Source: Nitrospirota bacterium (GTDB lineage: Bacteria > Nitrospirota > UBA9217). From it: DNA of 64,000 nt. The DNA lies in assembly GCA_963737155.1 (NCBI GenBank), contig CAVTRN010000002.1, forward strand, positions 352,001 through 416,000, in the 5' to 3' direction. The position numbers and the translations under genes are program-made. A model generated the notes under the pieces. That model was given only the letters and a program-made list of their open reading frames with translations. It had not been told where the DNA came from and ran no database searches. Positions 52,874-63,464 of this stretch are shown in pieces (the first letter of the stretch is position 1; each line of letters begins with the position of its first letter).

Positions 52874-53296
52874 CTAAACGCCGGAATTGGGCATAACTCC
52901 GCGTTGAAAATATGCAGCCATGGTTTTGTCTGTCTGAAGGATGTGATTCACGAGCCATTCACCCGAAGACCGAATGGTCATCACAAAGACCTGCATATTC
53001 ACACCATGTACCTTATAGCCCTCGTAGATCTGATTAATCTGTCTTTTGAATATCTCGTGTTCAACTTTATGTTCGGCAAAGCGAGGATACTTGCGATTAG
53101 TCATTTCCTGTTCTTCCGCCTCAAAATGGAAAATTGTATATTCAAGAAGAAAGTTGAGGTAATTTCCGATTGCGTCTGTTTCCTGGGTTGTACTGCATGC
53201 TTGCAGCAATGCATTGTATCGGGCGAATAGTTCTTTGTGCTGGCTGTCTATTTGGCTGAATCCCGTGTTTAGGTCATCGTTCCACTCAAAACTCAT
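52874..53296 (-). CDS. bacteriohemerythrin
   Basis: W...IDSQHKELF, HFEAEE, HKVEH, WLVNHILQTD. Confidence 0.94.
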   Translation of the reverse strand: MSFEWNDDLNTGFSQIDSQHKELFARYNALLQACSTTQETDAIGNYLNFLLEYTIFHFEAEEQEMTNRKYPRFAEHKVEHEIFKRQINQIYEGYKVHGVNMQVFVMTIRSSGEWLVNHILQTDKTMAAYFQRGVMPNSGV

Positions 53297-53327
53297 AAGT
53301 ACGTCCTTTTAACTATAAGTCTATTCC

Positions 53328-53573
53328 CTAATGGAAACCTTCTCCAAAGATCTGCTCTGGTTTCCAAATTGAATCTTTCTTTTCATCCACTTTGATGCCC
53401 GGTATTTTTAAAGAATGTTCTTTTACAAGTGCCATATGTACAGTAATTTTATTGGCTTCTCGTATAGACACGTTGTTGACACCTGCCGCTAAATCAGGAT
53501 TACTGAACTCTAGATGATCCTCCCCATGACTGTCGGACAAATACAGTAGGTGCCAGGAGGGTTCTCCTCCCAT
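53328..53573 (-). CDS. hypothetical protein
   Basis: 81-aa ORF co-oriented upstream of hemerythrin; possibly a fragment. Confidence 0.4.
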   Translation of the reverse strand: MGGEPSWHLLYLSDSHGEDHLEFSNPDLAAGVNNVSIREANKITVHMALVKEHSLKIPGIKVDEKKDSIWKPEQIFGEGFH

Positions 53574-53899
53574 GTTTTATAACGATAGCATTGGGCAGAC
53601 AACCTTTATATCTACCTCCCCAATGATGTTCAAATATGTTACCAATTCAGAACTTCTATAACTATAATTGTAGCAATCGCGATACCATTGTGTGTAAAAT
53701 TAATTGTCACAATAAATCAGTAGGTTGCGGTAGATTTAAACGAAATATCGTCACATTGGATGGTTCATTTTGGGCAGAGGTCTATTTTAAATGTGTTTTA
53801 ATATTCACGGCACTACACTATTCGGCCAGCTGAAAGCCCTTTTAACGACACTACTTCACAGCTTATTCTTTTTCACCATAGGCAAGCGTCAATTGTCCC

Positions 53900-54300
53900 C
53901 AATCCGGTCTGCACATTTCTCCGGACGTATTGTTTACAACCAACGGTAAAGTGTTGGCTGTTTCACGGCCTCGACCAATTCGGCAACCTGCGCCGGTTTT
54001 CGAATGTAACGGTTCGCGCCCAGTTGGTTGCTCTCCATACGGTCTATATCCTCTTTTGATGAGGCCAGAACAACGACCGGCTGGTGTCTCATTCTGTGGT
54101 CTGCGCATATGCGTTGCATCACTTCTATTCCGTCCATTTTGAGCATTTTGGGATCGGGCAGAATAAGCTTCGTATTCTGATTGTTACTCTCGGCGCAAAT
54201 GAGGCCACCGCAGCGCTGGATTATTCGCTGTACCGTGGCAAGGCCGATGCCAAGACCAGGGAATTCGGATTCTGTATGGAATCTTTGGAACGGAGGTGGA
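53900..54300 (-). pseudogene. collapsed histidine kinase-response regulator remnant
   Basis: [36 protein letters not shown] (HATPase end) runs directly into [17 protein letters not shown]...LASSKEDI...GANRYIRKP (REC). Confidence 0.8.
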
Positions 54301-54313
54301 AGTCGTCCGCAGT

Positions 54314-55897
54314 TCAGCGGTCGGGCCGGGGATCACTATAATACTGGTAGCCACCTCTTCCGCTTTCCTTGACGCGATACATGGCAGTGTCGGCCTTTGA
54401 AACGAGCGATTCAACATCGTTGCCGTCCTTGGGGTACATGCTGATGCCGATGCTGACTCCTATGGAACATTCATTACCCTGAATGAAAAAGGGCTCCGAA
54501 AGGATTTGTATAATTTTTTCGGCAACTGTAGCCGCATCCCCGGGCACCGTAATAAAACTGCAAACCCCTATGAATTCATCCCCGCCCAACCGTGCGACCG
54601 TATCCGAGCTGCGGAAAGAGGCCTTTATCCTTTGCGACACCAAGGATAACACCGCGTCGCCAGCTTCATGCCCCAGCGCGTCGTTGATGGCCTTGAACCG
54701 GTCCAGATCCATATAAAGAACCGCGAGAATATTCCTATTCCGCTTCGCTAGAGCGAGAATCTGGCTCGTCCGCTCGAAGAATAGTAAACGATTAGGCAGA
54801 CCGGTGAGCGCATCATACAACGCAAGCTGTTCAAGTCGCTGCTCCGTTTGTTTTCTCTTCGTAATGTCGTGGGCGACGAATACGAACCCTAAACTAGCGT
54901 TGTCGCGAACGTCCGTAACGGAAGACGAGGAAACCTCGACGTCGAATTGCTTTCCGTTCCTGGCAGTCCAGACCATTTCGAGGGAACAGATATTTTCGTG
55001 GGTGCCACGTTTACCGTTTAAGGCGGTCTTGAAGTCTATCACTGAATTCAGGTCCTGGTTGAGAAGATCGGCTTTTTCGCGCCCGAGCAATTCCAGGGCA
55101 ACGCGGTTCACCACCCGGATTCTGTTATCCATGTCGACAACGATTACGGCGCCCTGCATCATTTCCAGGATCTGACTTGCGGCCGATTCGAGTGAAATAT
55201 CAACGAGATGGTAATGCGTAGTGACATAAGCCATGATCACGAGAAAAATGAACATCGGGATGTATCCGAAGGGATAGAATCCGATACCGAATGTGGGAAT
55301 GACATCGACGATGGCAAGCGTGCCGATGCTGAATGCGATAAATATTCCGCGGAATCTCTTCTTTTGCTTCTCGGTTTCACTCAGTCTGTATTCCTGCCAG
55401 TAGAGATTTAAAACATAGACCATGACGGTGAAAACGAACAGCAGCGTCACAAATCCCATGACACCATACTGGCCGTAGTATCCCCAGAAATAATGATTGA
55501 CCCGTTTCAGAAGTAAATTGGTGCGAAATATAGAAAGAACAAGAAGGAAAGAGAGAACGAAAACACTCGTTGTCAGATAACGATGACGATGGGTCAGCTG
55601 GAGGCGCGTTACGGTCAGGAAAAGAGCAGTACTGGGTATAAAGAGGAGACCGATATGTGCGATTTTAATCCAAAACATCGCTACTTGTGCATCGCGTGCG
55701 GAGTAATTGATCCCCATCCCAATCAGGTACAGGCTAACCGTCATGGAAAAAAGAAAATAAAACATTCCAATTCGCGATCGACGTTCGTGGACCGCGACAT
55801 AAAACCCCAAGACTGCAAGCGCTGTCCCCACGAGAAGGACAGGAAAGGCAAACAGACTGATTTGATAGGAGTCTTGGTTCAATACTAGCGATAACAT
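54314..55897 (-). CDS. diguanylate cyclase: HisKA_7TM-like membrane domain, PAS, GGDEF
   Basis: About 7 TMs; [21 protein letters not shown]-site, RLGGDEF. Confidence 0.93.
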   Translation of the reverse strand: MLSLVLNQDSYQISLFAFPVLLVGTALAVLGFYVAVHERRSRIGMFYFLFSMTVSLYLIGMGINYSARDAQVAMFWIKIAHIGLLFIPSTALFLTVTRLQLTHRHRYLTTSVFVLSFLLVLSIFRTNLLLKRVNHYFWGYYGQYGVMGFVTLLFVFTVMVYVLNLYWQEYRLSETEKQKKRFRGIFIAFSIGTLAIVDVIPTFGIGFYPFGYIPMFIFLVIMAYVTTHYHLVDISLESAASQILEMMQGAVIVVDMDNRIRVVNRVALELLGREKADLLNQDLNSVIDFKTALNGKRGTHENICSLEMVWTARNGKQFDVEVSSSSVTDVRDNASLGFVFVAHDITKRKQTEQRLEQLALYDALTGLPNRLLFFERTSQILALAKRNRNILAVLYMDLDRFKAINDALGHEAGDAVLSLVSQRIKASFRSSDTVARLGGDEFIGVCSFITVPGDAATVAEKIIQILSEPFFIQGNECSIGVSIGISMYPKDGNDVESLVSKADTAMYRVKESGRGGYQYYSDPRPDR

Positions 55898-57104
55898 ACA
55901 CTCCCTCTCTTGCTGAGGGAACGAAAAACAGACCGCCGCGATCCGTAACCTTGCCAGGGGTCGTCTGGCACTCAGTACGAGACATGCTCATACAGAACGC
56001 CGGCTTCGCTGCTTTTGACCGGTCTTGAAAAAAGTTAGCCCTGTCCGTACTCGCACTTCGGTATTTTGATCTGCGCCATCTGCATTGGCGTTTCCTACAA
56101 CTCCTCAATTATTTCGATTTTCATATCATGAGCTAATACAAACGCACGGGATATTGTAACAATTTCTCAAAAGTAGCACTATGAAATCAACGAGTTGTCA
56201 TTTTTTATTGATACAATATGTTATGCGTTTGTATTAGTAATTTAATCGTCCTGACGATCTGCTGGTTCTCTCCAACTAACCTGGGATGAGAGCTTTTTAA
56301 ATAGCTCCCGACTGAATCGCTTTAAAATCAGCTGCGCAATCCTTAGCTGCAGCGTTAATAGGGACTTAAATCGTTAAATGATTTTTTTACTAAACGATGT
56401 GCCAATCCCAACAGGGCCCATTAATGACGTCCTGTTTTATAAGCAAGACAAGGCTTGCATATATTTATCGGCTTTTTATGCCATAACCTTTAAGATATAC
56501 CGGTTACATTTTGAGAAAATAATTAAAATTAGGAAGGAGAATTTAGGTGGATAGTTTATTATCATTAATTTAAACACAGTTCCAGTTAACATTGTATTAT
56601 AGATCAGGTCATTTTAAAGCAGTGCAATAATTCTGCGGGTAACGCCCATGAATACAAATTTAAGATCAAAGTGTTTGAAGGAGTAAAAACTTTTACTGAT
56701 CCAGGAGGGAGATGTATTTTGACTATATTATGAAAAATGATGACTACAATTAAATCTGGCGATGCATGTTGCGACATGATATCCGCACGAGTATGGGTAG
56801 ATAATATTTTTTAAGAAAGCGGTACAGCATGATTGACTATCTCGATGACCCGGTTCCAGTGCACATAAATGAAGTCCTGACGCCGGGAGCGCACCCCAGC
56901 ACCTAGTATGCTTCACATCCGCGAGCGTCAGTGGACGCTTAGCGGCGGATTGTCGAAAGATATATCTGGCCGACCGACATAGTTCGCAGCGCGCCAATAA
57001 GCGTTGATTATTTAAAAGCAGTTCCGTTGACAATGGTTTATTCGTTACATTCTCAATGGTCAGTTTCTTTAGGTTGAATTAGCCCGCCCATGGAAAGTCC
57101 CGGA

Positions 57105-58565
57105 TTACAAGTACGGAGTCAGCAATCGAGCAATGCCGTCGCGCAAGCGGGCCGGCAGCAGGCGGCCATTGACCTCCTCCATCGACACAGAATGGGCGTC
57201 TTTCAGTTTCGTCTCGACCCACTGGTCAAGCCGCTGGGCAAGTTCAGTGTCGTAGCATTCCACGTTAAATTCAAAATTAAGGCGCAAGCTTCGCGGGTCC
57301 CAGTTGGCCGATCCCAGCAGAACCCAGCAGCCGTCCACCAACATGAGTTTTGAGTGATCGAATGGAGGCGGGGTTAGCCAAATATGGCATCCATGCTGGA
57401 GCACTTGCGCCCACATCGCCCGGGAGGCCCACAAGACGAACGGCAGGTTGATTTGTGAGGGCAAAATGATGTCGACCTGCACACCCCGCATGGATGCCAG
57501 ATTCAGGGCGGATATTACGGCGGGGTCGGGCAGAAAATAGGGAGTCATAATCCGGACAGAATAGCGGGCAATCGAGAGGGCTCCCAACAGCGTCCAGAGA
57601 AGCTTCTCGAAATTCTCATCCGGACCATCGGTCACGCCTCGCGCCAACACCTGCCCCATGATTTCGGCTTTGGGGAACCACGAATCGCCACGCAAAGATT
57701 CGCCGGTTGTGAACAACCAATCGTCAGCGAACACTTCTTGCAGTTGGGCCACCACAGGGCCCTGCACCCGGAAATGGATGTCCAGTACCGGGTTTTGCGG
57801 CTGGAGTTTAAGGCTGTGTCCCACTCGAATATTCATGCCACCTGTAAATCCCACGCGCCCATCCGCCACTAGGATCTTGCGGTGTATGTGCATGTTCAAC
57901 GACATTGGATGCCACAAAGCAAAGGGGAGAAACCGGGCATACTTCACCCCCTCTTGTCGCAGCGTGTGGAGAATGGTTGGCAAGGAATAGCGACTTCCCG
58001 TCGCATCAATCAGCACCCGCACTTCGACACCCCGGCGCGCTGCTTCGCCAAGCGCATGCGCAAAAGCCATCCCGACTTCGTCCCGATCAAAAATATAGGT
58101 CACGAAAGAGAGAGTCAAGCTTGCGTGTTGAATCGCCTCCAACATGGCAGGATATGCTTCATCACCGTTCACCAACGGATCGATACGATTGCCCGGCAGC
58201 AAGGGTCGCTCTACCATGCCCCCAACGACACGAGCCAGAATCTTGAGATGTCCTTCGCGGTCCGTCAGACGGCGCTGCAGCTCTTCCGGAAGACATTCGT
58301 GCTGTGCGGCCTGAGACCGGTATCGTTCAAGGTTCCTTCGTAGCAGAGAAGCCTTATGGCGAATGCGATTGACCCCGAAGATGAAGTACATGATAGCCCC
58401 GACAAGGGGAACGAGCCAAACGAAACCCACCCACGCGATGGCAGCGCGAGGATCACGCTTGTTGAGAACCACGTGCCCGGTCGCCAACACAGGGAGAACC
58501 AAGCCAAGACCAATGGCAGCAATGTGCCAGATGTCATGCACCAGATTATCAATGGCTATTGTCAT
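57105..58565 (-). CDS. cls: cardiolipin synthase (PLD family)
   Basis: Two N-terminal TMs; HRKILVADG and HSKLMLVDG HKD motifs; GSANWDPRSLRLNFE. Confidence 0.93.
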   Translation of the reverse strand: MTIAIDNLVHDIWHIAAIGLGLVLPVLATGHVVLNKRDPRAAIAWVGFVWLVPLVGAIMYFIFGVNRIRHKASLLRRNLERYRSQAAQHECLPEELQRRLTDREGHLKILARVVGGMVERPLLPGNRIDPLVNGDEAYPAMLEAIQHASLTLSFVTYIFDRDEVGMAFAHALGEAARRGVEVRVLIDATGSRYSLPTILHTLRQEGVKYARFLPFALWHPMSLNMHIHRKILVADGRVGFTGGMNIRVGHSLKLQPQNPVLDIHFRVQGPVVAQLQEVFADDWLFTTGESLRGDSWFPKAEIMGQVLARGVTDGPDENFEKLLWTLLGALSIARYSVRIMTPYFLPDPAVISALNLASMRGVQVDIILPSQINLPFVLWASRAMWAQVLQHGCHIWLTPPPFDHSKLMLVDGCWVLLGSANWDPRSLRLNFEFNVECYDTELAQRLDQWVETKLKDAHSVSMEEVNGRLLPARLRDGIARLLTPYL

Positions 58566-58879
58566 TGCGGTTTGTCCCCCGGGTTAGTTCCCTTCGCCTT
58601 CATGGCATATTTCCTTTTTACCCAGAAGTCCGAGAACGCGACAAACCGTCTCGACTATCCTGTGTTCTCGACCGTGCGCATGAGATGAGTTGCAGCAAAT
58701 GGAAACTACAGCAATAGAAAAGGAAGGTATTGACTGAAAATATAGCATAATAATGCATTATGCAAACAGTATTATGCGATCACCTGTAAAGGAGGTCCTC
58801 CCTGTACGGATCTGGCTGGAATAAGCGGTAGATTTGACCAAAATACGCGCAGATGCGACTGCTCATTCGTCGTGGAACT

Positions 58880-60016
58880 TCACTGCTTCATCTTCAATGC
58901 CACTTTTAGCAAAGTCTGTAATCGGCCCAACGCGCCCTTTTTGTTTCCCATGATCTCGTCATAGAGATTCTCCATGTTCGCGGGAGGCACCATTTCGGAG
59001 GTTTTCTGTTTTAGCCGGACTGCGTCAGACGGACAGGTTGGAACGCACAGACCGCAACCGATGCATCTGCTTAGATTGACCAGGGCCTCGCCGGAGGGGC
59101 CTGTGAGGGTGACCGCGTTGACCTGGCAGCGGGCGACACAGGTGCCGCAACGTGAACAGGCTTCCGCGCAGACTTCAGCATAAAAGTTACTCGACCAGAA
59201 GTCGTTCGGGTAGGGGAGAAACTTCTGGTAGGAGAGCATGCCGCAGCAGCAGCCGCAACAGGAGCAAACGAATTCCGGTTGCCGGGTATTGGCCGGCTGC
59301 AGAACGAGGCCGTCATCTTCGTTCTGCTGGAGGATTGTCAGTACTTCGTCCCGGGTCACTTCGCGACCGTGGTTACGGCCAAGGACCATGGCGGCCATGT
59401 CACCGAACCCGAGGCATGTTTCCTGGCGGGATGTCATTTTGCATGGCTTATTCCGCATCGCCTTGCTTCTGCGGCAGATGCATTTAAGCACGACAAACGG
59501 GCCGGTAGAATCCCGGACCACTGCACGGATGTGATCGTAGGTGGCTACGTTGTGTTCGACGGAAATGCTCTTGTTGATGGGAATAGTCCGCATCTGCGGG
59601 GGTTTGATCGCGAGAAAGGACATCCCGAAGCTCAGGGTTTTCATATATGCGTTAGCATCGTTCAGGAATTCTGGAGAGGGATCCCCATCTTGACCTTCGT
59701 ACATCCCGATCACAAGCGGCAGTAGGAACCAGTGGCTAATCCCGTTCGTCTCTTTCCGGCCGATGGAACCTTTCACGAACATGCTGTCGAGCATGCGCCC
59801 GGTCTGCTCTGCCGAAAATCGAAGGGCCGTGCGTTCGGTGATATACCCCGCAGGGGCCGGTTTGTAGGAAAGATGCAGTGCGACCCTTGCCTCATCAATC
59901 GTAAAAAGCCTTTTGAGTAGGTGGATATCGGCGCCCAGGACGGTCGCCGGGAACCCGACCGCTTGTTTGTCAAAATGCTGCTGTAAAAGACGGTAAACTC
60001 TGTTGCAATTGCTCAT
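58880..60016 (-). CDS. 4Fe-4S dicluster-binding protein with a Cys-rich central motif
   Basis: CICR, CSCCGCCCG, CSRCGTCVARC, CIGCGLCVPTCP. Confidence 0.9.
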   Translation of the reverse strand: MSNCNRVYRLLQQHFDKQAVGFPATVLGADIHLLKRLFTIDEARVALHLSYKPAPAGYITERTALRFSAEQTGRMLDSMFVKGSIGRKETNGISHWFLLPLVIGMYEGQDGDPSPEFLNDANAYMKTLSFGMSFLAIKPPQMRTIPINKSISVEHNVATYDHIRAVVRDSTGPFVVLKCICRRSKAMRNKPCKMTSRQETCLGFGDMAAMVLGRNHGREVTRDEVLTILQQNEDDGLVLQPANTRQPEFVCSCCGCCCGMLSYQKFLPYPNDFWSSNFYAEVCAEACSRCGTCVARCQVNAVTLTGPSGEALVNLSRCIGCGLCVPTCPSDAVRLKQKTSEMVPPANMENLYDEIMGNKKGALGRLQTLLKVALKMKQ

Positions 60017-60502
60017 TCGGTCATTCCTGCTCCGGCAACAAACAGGTGCTCGCGCCTACGATCAGTTTACAAGCGATTTTTTTCTTAAGCCGTCCAAGTG
60101 CGCCCTTGACACTGTCGGCCGGTGACGCTTTGGAAAGGCTCCTGTTTGTGAATAACGATAAAATAATCCTGAAATGATGTAATTCCGTGGCCACGCCCTC
60201 CGTAATTTGACAAAGGATAGCACCGGCTTAGATGGGAGTCAAACGGTAAATGGAGGCAATACTAAAAGACGCCAACGGCATGTGCAAGTGGCACTTGAGC
60301 AGAGCAGGTTATTAAGTAATGGAAGCCAGGGAGATGAGCGGCAGGATGTCAGAATGAGAAAACGGGCCATGTTTTTTCTCGTGGAATTGTCAGTCCTGGA
60401 AGACGCGGCGGCATTTATACGATCGCCTCTCGGCAAATATCCTGTAGCAATCATGGGACTGGCTGGAGGCTGCACCTTCTCGTATTTGCCGATATAGAAT
60501 AA

Positions 60503-61237
60503 TTATTCCACGGACTGCAGCAATCTCTCCCGTGTGTTAACGAGTTGCTCTACTTCCTTTGATGCGGGATTGGTGAATACTTCCTTCGGCGTGCCCGATT
60601 GTGCTACACTGCCGTTAACATATATAATAATTTTGTCCGCCATGGAGTACGCTTCGAACACATCATGCGTCACAAAGACGATAGGGATTGGGAACTCCCG
60701 GCGGATCTCTTTAAGAAAATGCTGCATCTCCGCCCGGAGTGGATTGTCGAGCGCGGAAAAGGGTTCATCAAGAAGCAATGCGTCCGGCCTTCTGATGAGT
60801 GCCCGAGCGAGCGCAACGCGCTGTTTTTGTCCGCCCGAAATTTCCGAAGGATATTTATCTTCGAGTCCTGCAATTCTGAACTTATCGATCATGTTTGCAG
60901 CTTGTTGCTTACGTTCGGCCTTGGACAGTCCATGTGCCCCATACATGATGTTCTCTCGAATCGTCATATGTGGGAACAGCGCCAGATCCTGGAAGACGTA
61001 GCCACAAGATCGTTGCTGGGGCGGCAGGTCTTTGCCAGATGCACGGTCAAAAAATGTTCTTTCGTTTAGATGGATAGAACCATGGTCCGGCGAAAGGAGA
61101 CCTGCGATCATCTGAAGGGTCAGGGATTTGCCGGCGCCGGAATAGCCGAAGAGTACAGCAAGCTCATTGCCGATTGTCCATTCGGCGTCGAGAGAAAAAC
61201 CGTTCACGAGCTTATTTACTTTAACTGATAACCCCAC
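60503..61237 (-). CDS. modC: molybdate ABC transporter ATP-binding protein
   Basis: GYSGAGKS, ISGGQKQR, LLLDEPFSALD. Confidence 0.92.
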   Translation of the reverse strand: MGLSVKVNKLVNGFSLDAEWTIGNELAVLFGYSGAGKSLTLQMIAGLLSPDHGSIHLNERTFFDRASGKDLPPQQRSCGYVFQDLALFPHMTIRENIMYGAHGLSKAERKQQAANMIDKFRIAGLEDKYPSEISGGQKQRVALARALIRRPDALLLDEPFSALDNPLRAEMQHFLKEIRREFPIPIVFVTHDVFEAYSMADKIIIYVNGSVAQSGTPKEVFTNPASKEVEQLVNTRERLLQSVE

Positions 61238-61903
61238 CTACAATATCCTCCTGCTCAGTTTGTTTGCAAAGTACAGGAAGAGTCCTGAAAACAAAGTAAA
61301 TACTATGACCATGATAGTCGCCTGAGTTTGGTCGCCGCTTCCTGCCGCAGAATATATTGCCAACGGCATGGTGTTCGTCCTTCCAGGAATGTTCCCGGCA
61401 ATCATCAAGGTCGCGCCAAACTCGCCAATAGCACGTGCAAACGAAAGGATAGTGCCGGCAATGATGCCCTTCCTTGACAGCGGCAGAATGACTTTGAGGG
61501 CGGTCCAGTATTCGGAATGTCCAAGCGTGTATGAAGCACGGACGAGGTTTTCATCCACGGATTCGATGGCGGCTCGTGCCGTTTTCACCAACAGCGGCAG
61601 CGCCACAAAAAACGACGCAAGTACCGCTGCGTACCAGGTGAACATGATACTCCAACCGGTCCAAGCGTACAAATGTCGGCCCAGAAGACCGTTCCTGCCG
61701 AAGAGGACAATGAGGTAGTAACCCGTGACCGTCGGCGGCAACACGAGCGGCAGCGTAAGAAGTATATCGAGCAGTTCCTTGCCGGGAAAGTTTTTACGGG
61801 CAAGAAGATAAGCGGAAGAAAGACCGACGATCACGACAAACAACGTCGCGACCATCGCCACCTGCACAGATAGTTTCAGGGAGAACAACAGGGAATCATC
61901 CAT
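61238..61903 (-). CDS. modB: molybdate ABC transporter permease
   Basis: LPLVLPPTVTGY, FARAIGEFGATLMIAGNIPGRT. Confidence 0.96.
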   Translation of the reverse strand: MDDSLLFSLKLSVQVAMVATLFVVIVGLSSAYLLARKNFPGKELLDILLTLPLVLPPTVTGYYLIVLFGRNGLLGRHLYAWTGWSIMFTWYAAVLASFFVALPLLVKTARAAIESVDENLVRASYTLGHSEYWTALKVILPLSRKGIIAGTILSFARAIGEFGATLMIAGNIPGRTNTMPLAIYSAAGSGDQTQATIMVIVFTLFSGLFLYFANKLSRRIL

Positions 61904-61936
61904 TATGTAGCTCCTGTTCTCTCCATAATCAGGGGA

Positions 61937-62725
61937 TTACCGTGCTGAAGCTATCGGCTTAAACCCGTATTTGGAGAGAATTTTTTGACCTTCTGCAGAG
62001 GTAACGAGGGCAATGAAGCTCTTTGCTGCTTTCTCGTTTTCCGACCCTTTAACAACGGCAATGGGGTAAATGATGGGTTTATGGCTCGCTTCGGGCGCGG
62101 TCAAAATAATTCTGACCTCCTGTTGTCTCGCTATCGCGTCAGTTGAATAGACGACGCCAGCATCCACTTCACCCCGGGCAACGTAATCAAGCACTTGTCT
62201 CACATTCTCAGTAAAAATCAGCTTGGTTTGTATCATATCAGATATCTTGTAATATTGGAATGTTTCGGCCGCATATCTTCCGGCCGGAACGGTCTTCGGG
62301 TTTCCAGCGGCGATTTTCTTTATCTCCGGCTTTCCCAGGTCTTCAAATGAAGTAATTGTTAGCTTCGAGGACGAAGGAACGATAAGAACTACAGAATTCG
62401 CGACAAAGTTTGTTCTTGTATCCTTCACCACAAAACCCGCATTGTCGAGTTCATCCATGTCCTTGAGGGCGGCAGAAGCAAACACGTCGACAGGAGCACC
62501 GCCCTTGATTTGCACCATCAGATCACCTGATGCGCCGAGGTTGAGCAGGACCTTGGTGTTCTTGTTTTGTGACTCGTAAAGCTTTCCGATTTCCTCGAAG
62601 ACGTTTTTCAGGCTGATTGCTGCTGACACTGTTATTTCCGTAGTTGACTCAGCAAGAGCTTTTCCGACGGGGTAAACACCGACAAATAAAGCAATAAACA
62701 TCAAAAGGACTATTTTTTTTACCAT
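61937..62725 (-). CDS. modA: molybdate ABC transporter substrate-binding protein
   Basis: SAAISL, GASGDL, GAPVDVFASA, VPAGRYA, ENVRQVL, GVVYSTDA, YPIA. Confidence 0.96.
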   Translation of the reverse strand: MVKKIVLLMFIALFVGVYPVGKALAESTTEITVSAAISLKNVFEEIGKLYESQNKNTKVLLNLGASGDLMVQIKGGAPVDVFASAALKDMDELDNAGFVVKDTRTNFVANSVVLIVPSSSKLTITSFEDLGKPEIKKIAAGNPKTVPAGRYAAETFQYYKISDMIQTKLIFTENVRQVLDYVARGEVDAGVVYSTDAIARQQEVRIILTAPEASHKPIIYPIAVVKGSENEKAAKSFIALVTSAEGQKILSKYGFKPIASAR

Positions 62726-62957
62726 GATTTCCTCTCTTTTATTCATCGACGCTGATATTATCGAGTAACACTACAGGGCTTGGAACAAACTAGCCAACAA
62801 TGGTTACTGCGCAGTTCAAGAATCGATGACCAGACTGCTCCAAAATTCTGCCTATACCAGTTAACCGTGTCTTCACCTAAACCCGTCAGCCGGGCATTAT
62901 CAGGGTTTATGCCGTACTCTACCAGTGGTTTCCGCTGGTTTGCAATAAAGAAGAAAA

Positions 62958-63380
62958 CTATACGCCAATCATAACGCTTGTAGCCTTGAAGATTGCAAAA
63001 GCTTCATCGTGCTCACGCAACGCGAGCCGCTTCACGCTATCATCGGAAATTGTGGCCGTGATTATGTTGCCGTCGCCCATATCAAGAGTGATTTCAGCCA
63101 TAACCATGCCTTCTTTGATCTTTTTGACTTTTCCCTTTAGTATGTTTCTGGCGCTTATATGCAAATCGGCATTTCCCTTGCCGATCATTACGGAACTAGC
63201 TTTGATGATTGCTGTTGCGTCTTTGCCTGTACTTAAACCAAGATTGTCAGAGCTTTCGTTCGTAATAATCGAGGTTACGGTAGCGCCTGAGCTTAAAGCA
63301 AGTTTAATCACCGCCATAACCTGCCCCTTTTTGACTTCTGTTATCTTCCCCGACAACATGTTTCGTGCACTGATCTTCAT
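62958..63380 (-). CDS. tandem TOBE/Mop molybdate-binding protein (ModG-like)
   Basis: Two ISARN...KA(S/T)SVMI repeats. Confidence 0.93.
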   Translation of the reverse strand: MKISARNMLSGKITEVKKGQVMAVIKLALSSGATVTSIITNESSDNLGLSTGKDATAIIKASSVMIGKGNADLHISARNILKGKVKKIKEGMVMAEITLDMGDGNIITATISDDSVKRLALREHDEAFAIFKATSVMIGV

Positions 63381-63448
63381 ATGCTGCCCTCCCATTATTT
63401 TGAATATTGTTGTTCTGACTGATTGCAGCTTAAACCGTCACCCTGGGA

Positions 63449-63464
63449 TGCAACCACTTTTCCA
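63449..63464 (-). promoter_or_regulatory. candidate sigma54 promoter for the mop-modABC operon
   Basis: Minus strand TGGAAAAGTGGTTGCA has GG-N10-GC spacing, about 70 nt upstream of the TOBE start. Confidence 0.45.

Noticed and set aside
62760-62950. OmpA-like fragment (VEYGINPDNARLTGLGE) between the TOBE gene and modA
   Set aside because: Too short and weak to support
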